Notes: generated by a model from the sequence alone, not told the origin. 19,410 nucleotides of DNA from an uncultured Methanosarcinaceae archaeon (GCA_963721455.1 CAVRJG010000060.1:1-19410); one strand, 5' to 3'. Shown: positions 7,532 to 16,276, counted from the first letter of the stretch. A program made the numbers and translations.

Positions 7532-9043
7532 ATGGAAATGGAACCCTCTCATTTAATGAAAATTGAAGAAATAATTACACTTCTTGATCTCTCCGATGAC
7601 TGTACAATTGCATTTTTGCGCTGTAACGAGCCTATCTTATGTGATACAATCTATAAGGAAATTTTTGAGCGGGTGCATGGAAGAATTTACATTTACAGTT
7701 TAGAAATGGATGAGGAGTCTACTAATCTTTTTCACCTCTTAGAAGAAACCACTAAATCATCTTTATACAATTCAAAGCTTGAAGAAAATAAAAAAGTTGC
7801 ATTTTTTGTGTTTGGGCTCGACCGTGCAGTGAAAAAGAAAAATAGTAATGGAAAATCGGAAGCCCTGCTTCTACTGAATATAATGCGAGAAAAATTTCTG
7901 GAAATCAAACACCCAATACTTATCTGGATTAACAGTGCGTCACTCAATTTAATCCTTGAAGAGGCACAGGATTTTTTTTCATGGAGAACTACAATTTTTG
8001 AATTTGATATAAAACGAAAAATAACTTCCAGTCCAATGTTCGAATTTGAGGATTTTGATGGCATGGATAAAAAAGGACTTGAAGAACTTGTTGATTATTA
8101 CAAAAATTTAATTATAGAATTTGAAGACAGTGAATCAAAAGATCCCTATAAATTTGCTTACTGGAATTACAATCTCGGAGTAATTCAACTATTTTTGGGC
8201 TATTCAAAAGAAGCTGCAAAATATCTTGAAACTGCTGCATCAATATCATCCACACTTAACAGCAAGCACCTAAAAGGATCCATATACAGTAATTTAGGCA
8301 TAACATATTACCAGCTTGGAGATTTAAAAAAAGCAATTGAATATTCTAAGCAGGCTCTTAAAATTACTCAAGAAACTGGAAATATGAAAGAGGAAGGATT
8401 TACCCTCAAAAATTTTGGCGTAATTTATGCACAACTTGGCCATATAAGAAAAGCAATTGAATATTATGAACAGGCACTGAAAATCGCAAAAGAGGTCGGG
8501 GACAGGCGCGGAGAAGGTGCAGACCTTGGAAATCTGGGGAACGCATACAGTCATCTGGGCGAGCCCAGAAAAGCAATTAAATATTATCAACAAGCGCTGA
8601 AAATTTCCAGAGAAATCGGGGACAGGCGCGGAGAAGGAAATGGCCTTGGAAATCTGGGGTCAGCATACAGTGATCTGGGCGAGCCCAGAAAAGCAATTGA
8701 ATATTATGAACAGGCGCTGAAAATTTCCAGAGAAATCGGGGACAGGCGCGGAGAAGGAAATCGCCTTGGAAATCTGGGGAACGCATACAGTGATCTGGGC
8801 GAGCCCAGAAAAGCAATTGAATATTATGAACAGGCGCTGAAAATTTCCAGAGAAATCGGGGACAGGCGCGGAGAAGGTGCAGACCTTGGAAATCTGGGGA
8901 ACGCATACAGTGATCTGGGCGAGCCCAGAAAAGCAATCGAGTTTTTGAAGGAATCCCTCGCTATAGGAAAGGCGATTGAAAATCCGAGGCTAATTAGCTT
9001 TTGCGAACAGAAATTGAAGGATCTTGGAGGATATGATGAATGA
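7532..9043 (+). CDS. Tetratricopeptide-repeat protein with an N-terminal alpha/beta (putative inactive NTPase-like) domain
   Basis: About seven TPR-like repeats (xLGNLGxAYxxLGExRKAIEYYEQALKISREIGDRRGEG). The N-terminus has VAFFVFGLD, LNIMRE, PILIWI, AQDFFSWRTTIFEF and no Walker A. Confidence 0.88.
   Translation: MEMEPSHLMKIEEIITLLDLSDDCTIAFLRCNEPILCDTIYKEIFERVHGRIYIYSLEMDEESTNLFHLLEETTKSSLYNSKLEENKKVAFFVFGLDRAVKKKNSNGKSEALLLLNIMREKFLEIKHPILIWINSASLNLILEEAQDFFSWRTTIFEFDIKRKITSSPMFEFEDFDGMDKKGLEELVDYYKNLIIEFEDSESKDPYKFAYWNYNLGVIQLFLGYSKEAAKYLETAASISSTLNSKHLKGSIYSNLGITYYQLGDLKKAIEYSKQALKITQETGNMKEEGFTLKNFGVIYAQLGHIRKAIEYYEQALKIAKEVGDRRGEGADLGNLGNAYSHLGEPRKAIKYYQQALKISREIGDRRGEGNGLGNLGSAYSDLGEPRKAIEYYEQALKISREIGDRRGEGNRLGNLGNAYSDLGEPRKAIEYYEQALKISREIGDRRGEGADLGNLGNAYSDLGEPRKAIEFLKESLAIGKAIENPRLISFCEQKLKDLGGYDE
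8451..8930 (+). repeat. Four near-identical 120-bp tandem repeats encoding 40-aa TPR units
   Basis: Units 8451-8570, 8571-8690, 8691-8810, 8811-8930; units 3 and 4 are 114/120 identical. A diverged unit precedes them at 8331-8450. Confidence 0.97.
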
Positions 9044-9267
9044 TTATTTCGTCTTCTTTTTTCAAAAATTTTGAACTCAACAAATCAAAAAGTAGCTTGT
9101 AAACCGCAATTCAAATCAATGAAAATTTCTATGGCAAGACAGAAATAGAATCCAAAGTCTAAAACCAATAAACTATTATATAAATAACCATAAACCTTAA
9201 CTGTTATTTTTATCGGATCTTAACTTCTTAACAACTTTGATTTTGCTCAATTAAAAAAGGTGTAACC

Positions 9268-10116
9268 ATGCCCCATATAATGGAATTAGTCGGAAAAACA
9301 AGAGTCGTCATTAAGGATGGGAAAGTCATTGAAGTCGGGGAGCCCGAAGTCAAATGGTGTCCTATCTTTGCCAAGGTGCGCGGAATCCATAAGATAACCC
9401 CGGAAGAAGTCAGGAAGAACATGGAGTTCAGGATAAGAGACTTCGGGATGTTCACGGATAAACGCAAGCTGGAGCTTGAGGACTTTGTAGGGTTCGGAGC
9501 TTCGGAAGTTATGATGACAGGGCTGAGCAGAGGTTTACTTGACACAACCGTAACCGCCTGTGAAGGCGCAGGAACTGTCATTTCCAACAACCCTATCCTT
9601 GTCCAGGGCATGGGCGGCAGGATGTCCGGCCTTGTCGAAACCGAGCCGATTGATGGCATCATAAACGGCATCACGGAACGCGGCGGAATCGTGCTTGACC
9701 CCTCAACTGCAAAAATGGACCCGGTTGCAGGAGTGAGAAAGGCAGCCGAACTCGGCTACAAGAAGATCGCAGTAACCGTTGCCTTCGCCGAAACCGCAAA
9801 AAAATGCAGGGAACTCGAAGCCGAACTCGGGCTTGATCTGATAATAATTGGCGTGCACGTTACAGGCTTGAACATGGAAGAAGCCCAGACCCTTATCGAA
9901 AACTCTGACATCACAACAAGCTGCGCTTCAAAGTGCGTTAGAGATCTTGTAAAGCCTCTTGCCCAGGTAGGAACTGCGGTTCCGCTTTTTGCCCTTACGC
10001 AGAAAGGAAAGGAACTTGTGATCGAAAGGGCAAAGGACATAAAAAGCCCACTTTTGATCAATACCATGCCCCTGCCAGTGCTGCCTGAAGAAAAACAGCC
10101 AAGGGAACTGAAATAA
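9268..10116 (+). CDS. Methanogenesis marker 8 protein (DUF2099), paralog 1
   Basis: HIMELxGKTRVVIKDGKVIEVGEP..CP, FVGFGASE, ACEGAGTV, VQGMGGRMSGL, DIxTSCASK family signature; AGGTG RBS. Confidence 0.88.
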   Translation: MPHIMELVGKTRVVIKDGKVIEVGEPEVKWCPIFAKVRGIHKITPEEVRKNMEFRIRDFGMFTDKRKLELEDFVGFGASEVMMTGLSRGLLDTTVTACEGAGTVISNNPILVQGMGGRMSGLVETEPIDGIINGITERGGIVLDPSTAKMDPVAGVRKAAELGYKKIAVTVAFAETAKKCRELEAELGLDLIIIGVHVTGLNMEEAQTLIENSDITTSCASKCVRDLVKPLAQVGTAVPLFALTQKGKELVIERAKDIKSPLLINTMPLPVLPEEKQPRELK

Positions 10117-10117
10117 A

Positions 10118-10160
10118 AACGGCTTTGAAGCGGCTTTAAGAGCCGTTATTTTTTCTTTTT
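10118..10160 (+). terminator. Hairpin plus T-tract after marker-8 paralog 1
   Basis: AACGGCT..(TGAAGC/GCTTTA)..AGCCGTT stem followed by TTTTTTCTTTTT. Confidence 0.7.
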
Positions 10161-10224
10161 TAATTTTTCTTTTAATAAAGTTCTTTTAACAGAACATCCT
10201 TTAATAAAATTTTCCTTTTTTAGG

Positions 10225-10266
10225 ATTTGAAATTCAGAGAAGCAATTTTGAGTTTTGGAATCAGCT
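10225..10266 (-). mobile_element. Truncated, inverted copy of the IS5-type MITE at 16277-16405
   Basis: The reverse complement matches 16277-16318 at 38/42 positions by manual alignment. Confidence 0.75.
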
Positions 10267-10279
10267 CATAAATAAATGA

Positions 10280-10389
10280 GACTTACGCATTTGAGACGCA
10301 AAATGAAGCACAAGTATGTCTGTCACAACACAGCAATTTGGACAGCCTGAAGTTTCATGCTGCTCATTTTCAGTTCAAATGCGTAAGTC
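10280..10389. mobile_element. MITE, 110 bp, with perfect 15-bp terminal inverted repeats
   Basis: GACTTACGCATTTGA (10280-10294) and TCAAATGCGTAAGTC (10375-10389); non-coding interior. Confidence 0.8.
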
Positions 10390-10471
10390 AGGATAAAATA
10401 AAATCCAGTTTGTGAGTGTACTTTTGAATCGCAATCTTATGTTATTTCATCGCATCTCCATTGATTCAATG

Positions 10472-10636
10472 TTAAAAACGCCCGTAAAAAAACGAAATAA
10501 TCGCGAGTATAATAAAGATTATGATGAGCCACCTCGCAATCTCCATAGAAAAACCGGCAACTCCCTGTGCCCCCAGTATATACGCAATCAATGCTAATAC
10601 CAGAAAGACCACAACAAGTCCTATCAAATCAACCAT
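10472..10636 (-). CDS. DUF1328 / UPF0391 (YtjA-like) small two-helix membrane protein, 54 aa
   Basis: Manual translation [54 protein letters not shown]; AGGGGGAG RBS; below the ORF-track length cutoff. Confidence 0.88.
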   Translation of the reverse strand: MVDLIGLVVVFLVLALIAYILGAQGVAGFSMEIARWLIIIFIILAIISFFYGRF

Positions 10637-10788
10637 ATTTAACTCCCCCTGTGATATCTTACCGATAAATTAACTCTTATATCAAACGTGTTTAGAATTT
10701 AACTGTCATAAAACGGCTATATAATCCTTTTCAGGCTGAGTATAGCTTGAGGATATGGGAGACATATTGCAATGTCTCCCTAATAGAT

Positions 10789-12183
10789 TTACATTCTCCT
10801 TTCTGGCTCTGCCTGTCTTAATCTCTCTCTTTCTATCCTATCTATCCTCTCTGCTTCTGTTTCTTCCGGTCTGCCTCTTCCCGTCCGCCCCAATCCCTCT
10901 GTCTGCCAGTAAGGCTGGTATCCATAGTAAGTGTACATACTGGAAAGCTGCTCACGAGTTAAAGGCCAGTTGTCCTTATCGAAGCCTTCTGCCTTTTCAA
11001 GAGTTTCTTTAGGAATATCAAGTACGAAAGCGTGCTCGTGCAATCTCAGTTTAAGCGCCTGCCAGGGAATGGCAAACAACTTGTCGCTCATACCCAGGAA
11101 CCCGCCAAAAGAGAGTACTGCATAGGCTACTCTCCCATTTTCGAGATCAATCATTAATTCTTCAATCTTCCCAAGGTCATCTCCAGCTCTATTGACGACC
11201 TTATCCCCTTTTATCGTGCCTGCTGACAAAAATTCTGGATTATCTATATCTGCCGTACTTCCCATGCGAGATATCCTTTCGGATTCTGTCTCACCCGGCA
11301 TTCCAGTCCGTCTCTCTGTTTCCATCCGGGCCATCCTTTCGGATTCTCTCCCTCTAGGCATTCCTGTCGAAATTCCGGTTGGTCCTGCCACTCCTGTCTC
11401 CCAGTAAGGCTGGTATCCATAGTAAGTGTAGGGACTGGAGAGTTCCTGACGAGTTAAAGGCCACTTGTCCTTATCAAAGCCTTCTGCCCTTTCAAGGGTT
11501 TCTTTAGGAATATCAAGGAAGAAGGCGTGCTCATGCACTCTCAGTGTAAAAGCCTTCCAGGGAATAGAAAATAATTTGTTGCCTATGCCCAGGAAACCAC
11601 CATGTGAGACTACTGCATAGGCTATTCTACCGTTTTCGAGATCAATCATTAATTCTTCAATCTTCCCAAGGTTATCTCCAGCTCTATTGACTACCTTATC
11701 CCCTTTTATCGTGCCTGCTGATAAAAATGCGGGATTATCTATATCTGCTTTTTCCATAGGAGATATCCTTTCGGATTCGATCCCTTCAGGCATTCCTGTC
11801 GAAATTCCGGTTTGTCCTGCCACTCCTGTCTGCCAGTAAGGCTGGTATCCATAGTAAGTGTACATACTGGAAAGCCGCTCACGAGTTAAAGGCCAGTTGT
11901 CCTTATCAAAGCCTTCTGCCTTTTCAAGAGTTTCTTTAGGAATATCAAGGAAGAATTCATGCTCATGCACTCTGAGTATAAGAGCCTTCCAGGGAATAGC
12001 GAATAATTTGTCGCCCATACCCAGGAAACCACCAAAAGAGAGTACAGCATATGCTACTCTTCCATCTTGAAGATCAATCATTAACTCTTCAATCTTCCCA
12101 ATGTCATCTCCAGCTCTATTGACGACTTTATCTCCTTTTATCGTGCTTGCTGACAAAAATTCAGGATTGTCTCTATCTGCCAT
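10789..12183 (-). CDS. Protein with three tandem PRC-barrel domains
   Basis: Three copies of LSAxTIKGDKVVNRAGDxxGKIEELMIDLxxGRxAYAVxSxGGFLG..KLFxIPW..AEGFDKDxWP..YYGYQPYW joined by charged linkers; GGAG RBS. Confidence 0.92.
   Translation of the reverse strand: MADRDNPEFLSASTIKGDKVVNRAGDDIGKIEELMIDLQDGRVAYAVLSFGGFLGMGDKLFAIPWKALILRVHEHEFFLDIPKETLEKAEGFDKDNWPLTRERLSSMYTYYGYQPYWQTGVAGQTGISTGMPEGIESERISPMEKADIDNPAFLSAGTIKGDKVVNRAGDNLGKIEELMIDLENGRIAYAVVSHGGFLGIGNKLFSIPWKAFTLRVHEHAFFLDIPKETLERAEGFDKDKWPLTRQELSSPYTYYGYQPYWETGVAGPTGISTGMPRGRESERMARMETERRTGMPGETESERISRMGSTADIDNPEFLSAGTIKGDKVVNRAGDDLGKIEELMIDLENGRVAYAVLSFGGFLGMSDKLFAIPWQALKLRLHEHAFVLDIPKETLEKAEGFDKDNWPLTREQLSSMYTYYGYQPYWQTEGLGRTGRGRPEETEAERIDRIERERLRQAEPERRM
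10900..12171 (-). repeat. Three ~345-bp intragenic direct repeats (PRC-barrel units)
   Basis: Units at about 11827-12171, 11395-11739 and 10900-11244 with long identical nucleotide stretches. Confidence 0.9.
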
Positions 12184-12723
12184 ATCTCCAACTCCCTAAA
12201 TTTAAGGAGATATACATTTTAAAGCCTGCGCTCCCACATAACTTCAAAATATCTCCCCCGACGAATATTATTTTTTTAATGTTATTTAAAAGTACCGGAA
12301 CCATTAGAAATATTATTTTATGTTACGTAGATGAGTAATTGTGAATAAATAATAGGAAGGGTTGGAAAAAAAATACTAAGTGGTTAAATTTTTGAGTTTC
12401 CTCAAAAATGGTCACATCCGTGAATTATTAATTAATTCGTATATCTTCAAAATTGGATAGGAAAAAGTAAGTTTCACATATTTGCTGAAAAATTGAAAAT
12501 TTAACTAAGTCTGGAAAACATACTTAAGAGATATATTCAACTTCATAAATATGTGACAAAATTATTGTATATTTTTCGGGTTAGAAAAATCCTCCCTTGA
12601 ATTTGAAGAAGATATGTTTTGAGCTCACATTTTCCTCAAAAATTTTATAAGAGACTTTTCTAACTATTCAGCTTACCATTTAAATGAAATAGCGATTGAT
12701 TTTGTTTTATCTGGGCTGAGTAG

Positions 12724-14094
12724 TCACAGATAATCAAGTTTAATTTCAGGCAGCTGGTCTGGAAGAAAATTAAATCTGTTTTCATGTGGATTCGGTTAAG
12801 GTGCAAAATTCCAAAAAGTGTTATTTTTTATGTAATATATCTAAGAATTATGTTGGAAAATGGCTATACGTGGTATAAAGTTGTGCACAATTGTAACGAT
12901 GACCAATGAACCTGTTTGTATTCTGGAATGTATTCTGGAACGGATAGTAATTCTTTAAAGCCTTTCTGAAAACAGTATTATATTCTTTACCTACGTTTTT
13001 CCATATCATTTTTCTACCAAAATCGTATGCCTTTTTGCGCATATCCTCACACTCTTCTGGATTTTCAATTAAGTATACCAGGGATTTTTTAAAGCCGTCC
13101 GTATCTCCGAAATCTACAAGCAACCCGCGATTCTCAGAAAGCATTTCCTGGGCGTACCAGTAAGGAGTGGAAACTATTGCTTTTCCCATGCCAATGGCAT
13201 AGGTCAGAGCGCCGCTTACTATCTGTTCTCTGGAAAGGTAAGGAGATGCGTAAATGTCACTGGCAAGGATATAATTGCAGAGTTCTTCTTTTTCGACAAA
13301 TTTGTCATGGAATACTACATTGTTTTCAAGCCCGAGTTCGGAGACCTTGTCCTTAAGATATTGCCTGTATGCTTCTCCGTGATTTTTTTTGACCATAGGG
13401 TGTGTGGCACCCAGTACAAGGTAAACAAGGTCAGGATACTGGCTTACAACGTCAGGAAGAGCCTCGAGCACACTTTCAATACCTTTATTCTGGCTCAACA
13501 GGCCGAAAGTAAGGATAAGTGGAGACCCTTTCAGATTCAGCATTTTTTATACTTACTGCAGTTGTTAAACGGATAGTCAGGAACTCCATGGAAAATAATT
13601 TCTATTTTATCTTCAGGAGCCTTATAAACATTTTTGAGCATATCGACTGCAGTCTGGCTCATCACAACCAGCTTTTCGGAATACCTGATGAGTTTTTCTG
13701 TTGATACGCTGTATGTCGGTTTCGGCTCCCCGATTACGGTATGCATTGTAGATATTACAGGCTTGTTTATTCCTGAAAGAAGAGCGAAAATGTAATCTCC
13801 TGCATTTCCTCCAAAAAGGCCGAATTCATGCTGAAGACATACGATATCAGCATCGGATTTGTTTATATAATTCGCAGCAAGGTGGTAATCTTTGAGCTTG
13901 TCTCGCTCAATTTGAAAAACGACTTCTTCCGGATAATTGTAAGTTTCAGAAGGATCATTCAAAGCAATAACTTCACAGCTAACATTGTTGTATTCTCCAG
14001 AAACCGAATTTAAAAGATCATAAGTGAATGTAGCAATCCCACATTCTTTCGGAACATAAGTTCCTATAAACAGTACTTTCAGTTGCTTATTCAA
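12724..14094 (-). pseudogene. Glycosyltransferase family 4 pseudogene (frameshift, MITE insertion, truncated C-terminus)
   Basis: TYVPKECGIATFT, LQHEFGLFGG, HGVP, TFGLLSQNKGIE, SGALTYAIGMGKAIVSTPYWYA. One base is missing from a T6 run (13543-13548) at YKK|MLNL. After removing the 12783-12908 insertion the frame continues NRFNFLPDQLPEIKLDYL to a TGA near 12724. Confidence 0.85.
12783..12908. mobile_element. 126-bp MITE-like insertion with CAT..ATG ends and a 10-bp degenerate target duplication
   Basis: Flanks AATCTGTTTT (12773-12782) and AACCTGTTTG (12909-12918), 8/10 identical; imperfect terminal IRs; excision restores the GT4 reading frame. Confidence 0.7.
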
Positions 14095-14395
14095 TTAATA
14101 CCCCCTAAACTTAAGCGATTTAATTTTATTCCCCATTTATTTCATGATGTATAATTCACCAATATTATAGTTATTCGTTGATACTACAATAATTATCATT
14201 TGTCATCGGTTCGGTATTCTTTCTCCGATATATTTTTTGAGAAAAGAAGCTGTGAGAAGCTTGATTATTTTTTACGTCAAGACAAATTTTGCTTGAAAAC
14301 AATTTTTTGTATAATTAATTTAATATATATTATTATAGTATTATAATCAGGGGTTGGGGAACAACCTGGGGTATCATCTATCCACAAAAAACCTT

Positions 14396-14495
14396 CTGTA
14401 GGCACTGTTTCCTCTTCGAACCAACATTCTTGGGAGCTCATAATACTTCGAAGAAACTGTATTGGGGATACAGTGAATGGATACAGTGCCTATGG
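14396..14495. ncRNA. Candidate structured RNA (three-stem junction)
   Basis: P1 14396-14412/14479-14495, P2 TCTTCGAA 14413-14420/TTCGAAGA 14447-14454, P3 ACTGTAT 14456-14462/ATACAGT 14468-14474; TATA-rich DNA about 14320-14346. Confidence 0.3.
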
Positions 14496-14602
14496 GCTTC
14501 AGGCAGTTAACGGTTTAATGTTATAACGGTTTAATGGTATTGATTTTTCAATTCCCTCTTTTGTCTAACTGTCAGAGCAGATTATAACTTGACATTTTGT
14601 AT

Positions 14603-14642
14603 AAAATAGACATTGACACATAAAAATAGACATTGACACATA
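14603..14642. repeat. 20-bp tandem duplication AAAATAGACATTGACACATA x2
   Basis: Read directly from the sequence. Confidence 0.9.
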
Positions 14643-14776
14643 AAAGAGAAAGTATTGAGATTAGAATCTTTATTGCCAACTAAAAAAGGATTAAAAAAGA
14701 ATAAAGAGAGCCGGTTAGGCAAAAATCAAGTCTGGATACGGGTACTCTCCTATTTTCGTTTATTTGTCCTTAATTT

Positions 14777-15220
14777 TTAAGGCATACTGGGCTGCTTTTG
14801 TTTAAAACTCTTTGAGAAGTCAAGGTACTGTTTAGCTATCTGTTGGGCTTTGTCCTGGCTCAGGGCTTTCTGAGCCGCCGGAAACACCTTATTTTCTTCT
14901 TCTTCTACATGATGACTTACACTTTCATTTAGTTCCTTGATTTTAGAAGTCCAGTTTGAACTGCGTGCATCCATGCTTTCAAGTTCGGACGATATGGATT
15001 TTATTTCTTCGTGTTCTTCGTAGGCATGATTAACAAGTTCACGTAAATCTTCTTTCTGCTCAAGCAGCGGATAAAGGAGTTTCTCTTCTCCCGCCAGATG
15101 AGGATCGGTTTTAGCCTTTATTTTGAAAAATGTCTCCTTTGAGCCATCGTGCAGTGCTTGCTGTAAAAGATCAGAGACCTGCTGGTGTTCTGCTTTCAGT
15201 ATATCATAAATTGTTTCCAT
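14777..15220 (-). CDS. Hemerythrin-like (HHE cation-binding) domain protein
   Basis: ILKAEH, HLAGEEKLLYP, EEHEEI, HHVEEEENKVFP His/Glu di-metal motifs; G-rich RBS. Confidence 0.9.
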   Translation of the reverse strand: METIYDILKAEHQQVSDLLQQALHDGSKETFFKIKAKTDPHLAGEEKLLYPLLEQKEDLRELVNHAYEEHEEIKSISSELESMDARSSNWTSKIKELNESVSHHVEEEENKVFPAAQKALSQDKAQQIAKQYLDFSKSFKQKQPSMP

Positions 15221-15242
15221 AATTCCCCCCCTTCAGTATATG

Positions 15243-16104
15243 AGCCTATCCCAAAACTTCATTTAATCTAATTATTGCTGCTACCATTACAACTCCTAAA
15301 TATGATGTCTCTTTAATTTCATATCTTGGAAATACTTTCTTGCATGACTCTATCCAGCTAAAGAACCTTTCTACTATGCTTTTCTTTATATTCTTCCTGA
15401 TCAACCTTTATTGGTCTTCCTCTCTTCTTTCTCTTCCGATTTCTTCTATTTACTGGTATATTGGACTTTATTCCTCTTCTCCTGTTATATTTTCTAATTT
15501 TAGCTGTATGATACATTCCATACAGCTGTTACTTTGGAAGGCCTGTTGACAGGCCTTCCTACAGGTCTCTTTATGTTGAAATTTTTAAGTGTAGGTATAT
15601 AAAGTGTTGAATCATTCATATTTGCAGGAACAACGATAATAGAGAGCGGTAGACCCTGTAAGTCTACTAAAACGCTTAATTTTATTCCTTTTATCTTTTT
15701 GTGTCCATAGTAGCCGATATTCTTCCCCGTTTTTAGCCGGAATATCCTTTGAATCTGTAAAGCAATAAGAGATGATCTATTTTGTTCAAGTCGTAACCTT
15801 TGTTTAAAAGTATCCATTGAAAATCTTCTGATAGGTACCATGTTCACACAAATAAAGATGAAATCTATGAACCGTTGACTTAGATCCATAGTGACGAGGA
15901 ACGTCTTTCCACGTACAACCTGTCATAACGACGTACAAAATACCGTTCATTAGCTTCCTCATATTTGCACGTGGCCTTCCTGTATGTAGTTTCTTAGGAG
16001 GAAGATAAGGCTCAATTGATTTCCATAGAACGTTCATGATTTCCATGCGGAATGACATAAATGTAAATTTATAGTTTGAAATAATATTACTTTCGAGATA
16101 GGCT
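15243..16104 (-). mobile_element. IS5-family insertion sequence (IS427-like size, ~860 bp), decayed
   Basis: Terminal IRs AGCCTATCCCAAAA (from 15243) and TTTCGAGATAGGCT (to 16104); encloses transposase fragments. Confidence 0.88.
15246..16058 (-). pseudogene. IS5 transposase, multiply frameshifted
   Basis: GRPR..NGILYVVMTGCTWKDVPRHYGSKSTVHR; GHKKIKGIKLSVLVDLQGLP..PANMND; damaged second Asp motif (KVTA..); C-terminal VERFFSW..RYE..YLG in another frame. Confidence 0.88.
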
Positions 16105-16276
16105 TATCATAAATTGTGTTCCATAATTCCCCCTCATTTGAGGTATAACAAAGTTATTATTACAACAATATAAATATATAACCACATGCCATAATTTATA
16201 AAAAAGTAACGTCAAAGAACGTGAATTTTAACTCCCTCAATTTTCTCGTAGAGCTTACTTGAAAATGTAATCTGAG

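Noticed and set aside
8451-8930. TPR repeats as a CRISPR array or DGR target
   Set aside because: The repeats are contiguous, in-frame and lack spacers; the differences are not adenine-specific, and no reverse transcriptase or template repeat is in the window.
4502-10067. Minus-strand ORFs overlapping paaK, the ATPase, the TPR gene and marker 8
   Set aside because: Antisense to well-supported genes; the repeated 8577-8936 peptide only mirrors the TPR repeats.
10412-10597. Plus-strand 61-aa ORF
   Set aside because: Antisense to the better-supported DUF1328 gene at 10472-10636.
13543-13548. Phase variation or programmed frameshift in the GT4 gene
   Set aside because: The run is only 6 nt and the gene carries independent lesions downstream, so decay is more likely.
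15340-15549. Hydrophobic 69-aa plus-strand ORF as a membrane protein or toxin
   Set aside because: It is the antisense of the Lys/Arg-rich IS5 transposase C-terminus.
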